A program made the position numbers and the translations under genes. Of a stretch of 64,000 nucleotides of DNA, positions 63,098 through 64,000 are shown one piece after another. The notes beneath the pieces were generated by a model. The model was not told the origin of the DNA and ran no database searches. It saw only the letters and a list, made by a program, of their open reading frames with translations. Position 1 is the first letter of the stretch. The number at the start of each line of letters is the position of its first letter. Source of the DNA: Trichosphaerium sp. ATCC 40318 (Eukaryota; Protista; Tubulinea); the NCBI GenBank assembly GCA_038496445.1, contig JALMLS010000048.1:1-64000 (forward strand), given 5' to 3'.

Positions 63098-64000
63098 TCA
63101 CTTTTTAATAAAGCAGTTTACTATCTTAGACTCCGCAGATATTTTACCATTTTCTTCCCAACACTTGTAATCTCCTTCACGCTTATCATCAACATAAAAA
63201 CACTGAACCCACAATAAACCATTAGGATGCCATCTCTTATACTCACCTTCCTTTTTATCTTGGCTATATTTACACTCCATATACAATATACCATTCGGAT
63301 ACCAAGACTTGCAGGTTCCATCACGTTTACCTTTAACATAGCCACACTCTTCTCGAACTTGACCATTTTCTCTCCAATTCTTACAGTCTCCTTCTTTCTT
63401 GCCATCAACGTAGTTACACTGCTCCTTAATTGTACCGTTTTCACGCCAACTACTGCACTTCCCTTCACGTTTACCTTGAGTGTAGTCGCACTGCTCTTTC
63501 AACTGACCGTTAGGATACCAACACTTTTCTTCGCCTTGTTTGATACCATCAAGATAGTGACATTGCTCTTGTAACTGACCATTAGGAAACCAACATTTGT
63601 ATTCTCCATCCATGATACCTTTTTTGTAGATATATTTCTCTTTTGGTTTGCTGGATACATACCAAGATTGATATTCTCCGTTTTGGCGTCCAAAAACATA
63701 GTCACAGCACTCTTTTAAACTACCATTTTCAAACAAACTCTTATGTTCTCCATTGAGCACACCATTAGTATAATGAGAATGAATACTGAGTTGACCAGTT
63801 TGGTACCAATGCTTGTACTCTCCTTCTTTTTTATCATTGACACTGTTATATTGCTCCTTTAATTGACCACAATAATACCAACACTTGCATTCTCCGTTTA
63901 GTTTACCATTAACATAGAAAAACTTCTTAACTAATTGACCACTACAGTCCCAATACTTGTACTCTCCTTCATATTTAGAATCAACGAAATGACAGCGAGT
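63098..64000 (-). CDS. MORN-variant (MORN_2/YwqK-like) repeat protein, intronless, 5' end outside window
   Basis: Tandem ~24-aa repeats of the form GEYKCWYPNGQLKEQCxYxDGKKE; the frame stays open to the window end. Confidence 0.88.
   Translation of the reverse strand, partial: TRCHFVDSKYEGEYKYWDCSGQLVKKFFYVNGKLNGECKCWYYCGQLKEQYNSVNDKKEGEYKHWYQTGQLSIHSHYTNGVLNGEHKSLFENGSLKECCDYVFGRQNGEYQSWYVSSKPKEKYIYKKGIMDGEYKCWFPNGQLQEQCHYLDGIKQGEEKCWYPNGQLKEQCDYTQGKREGKCSSWRENGTIKEQCNYVDGKKEGDCKNWRENGQVREECGYVKGKRDGTCKSWYPNGILYMECKYSQDKKEGEYKRWHPNGLLWVQCFYVDDKREGDYKCWEENGKISAESKIVNCFIKK

Noticed and set aside
63121-63705. Alternative-frame ORFs overlapping the MORN gene
   Set aside because: By-products of the repetitive coding sequence.

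Overview
AT-rich eukaryotic nuclear DNA, gene-dense, with many short (~40-60 nt) GT-AG introns. It looks like a protist, possibly amoeba-like, but the taxon cannot be determined from this window. Homopolymer-type indels suggest an imperfectly polished long-read assembly, so spliced gene boundaries below are hand-derived and approximate. Positions 1-7056 form a giant fold-back palindrome, probably an artefact. About 25 protein genes are recognisable: a RING protein, two ICMT-family genes, DENN, two secreted RTX-like Ca-repeat proteins, PTH2, five F-box genes, an APH-type kinase, MATE, a DEP-C2-LNS2 protein, ceramide synthase, a SMARCAL1-like helicase, GH92, RhoGAP, ABCG, a 2OG-Fe(II) oxygenase, a SAM methyltransferase and a MORN-variant repeat protein. 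The most striking element is a circularly permuted tRNA-Tyr(GUA)-like gene at 53741-53817 on the minus strand: its 3' half precedes its 5' half, joined by a 4-nt linker and broken at 37/38. It may instead be the tRNA-mimic module of a longer Y-RNA/vault-like ncRNA. Also notable are a tandem F-box/MATE duplication resolved by reciprocal internal deletions, a 531-bp MITE with a 5-bp TSD, several unusual domain architectures, and a strong excess of CACGTG.
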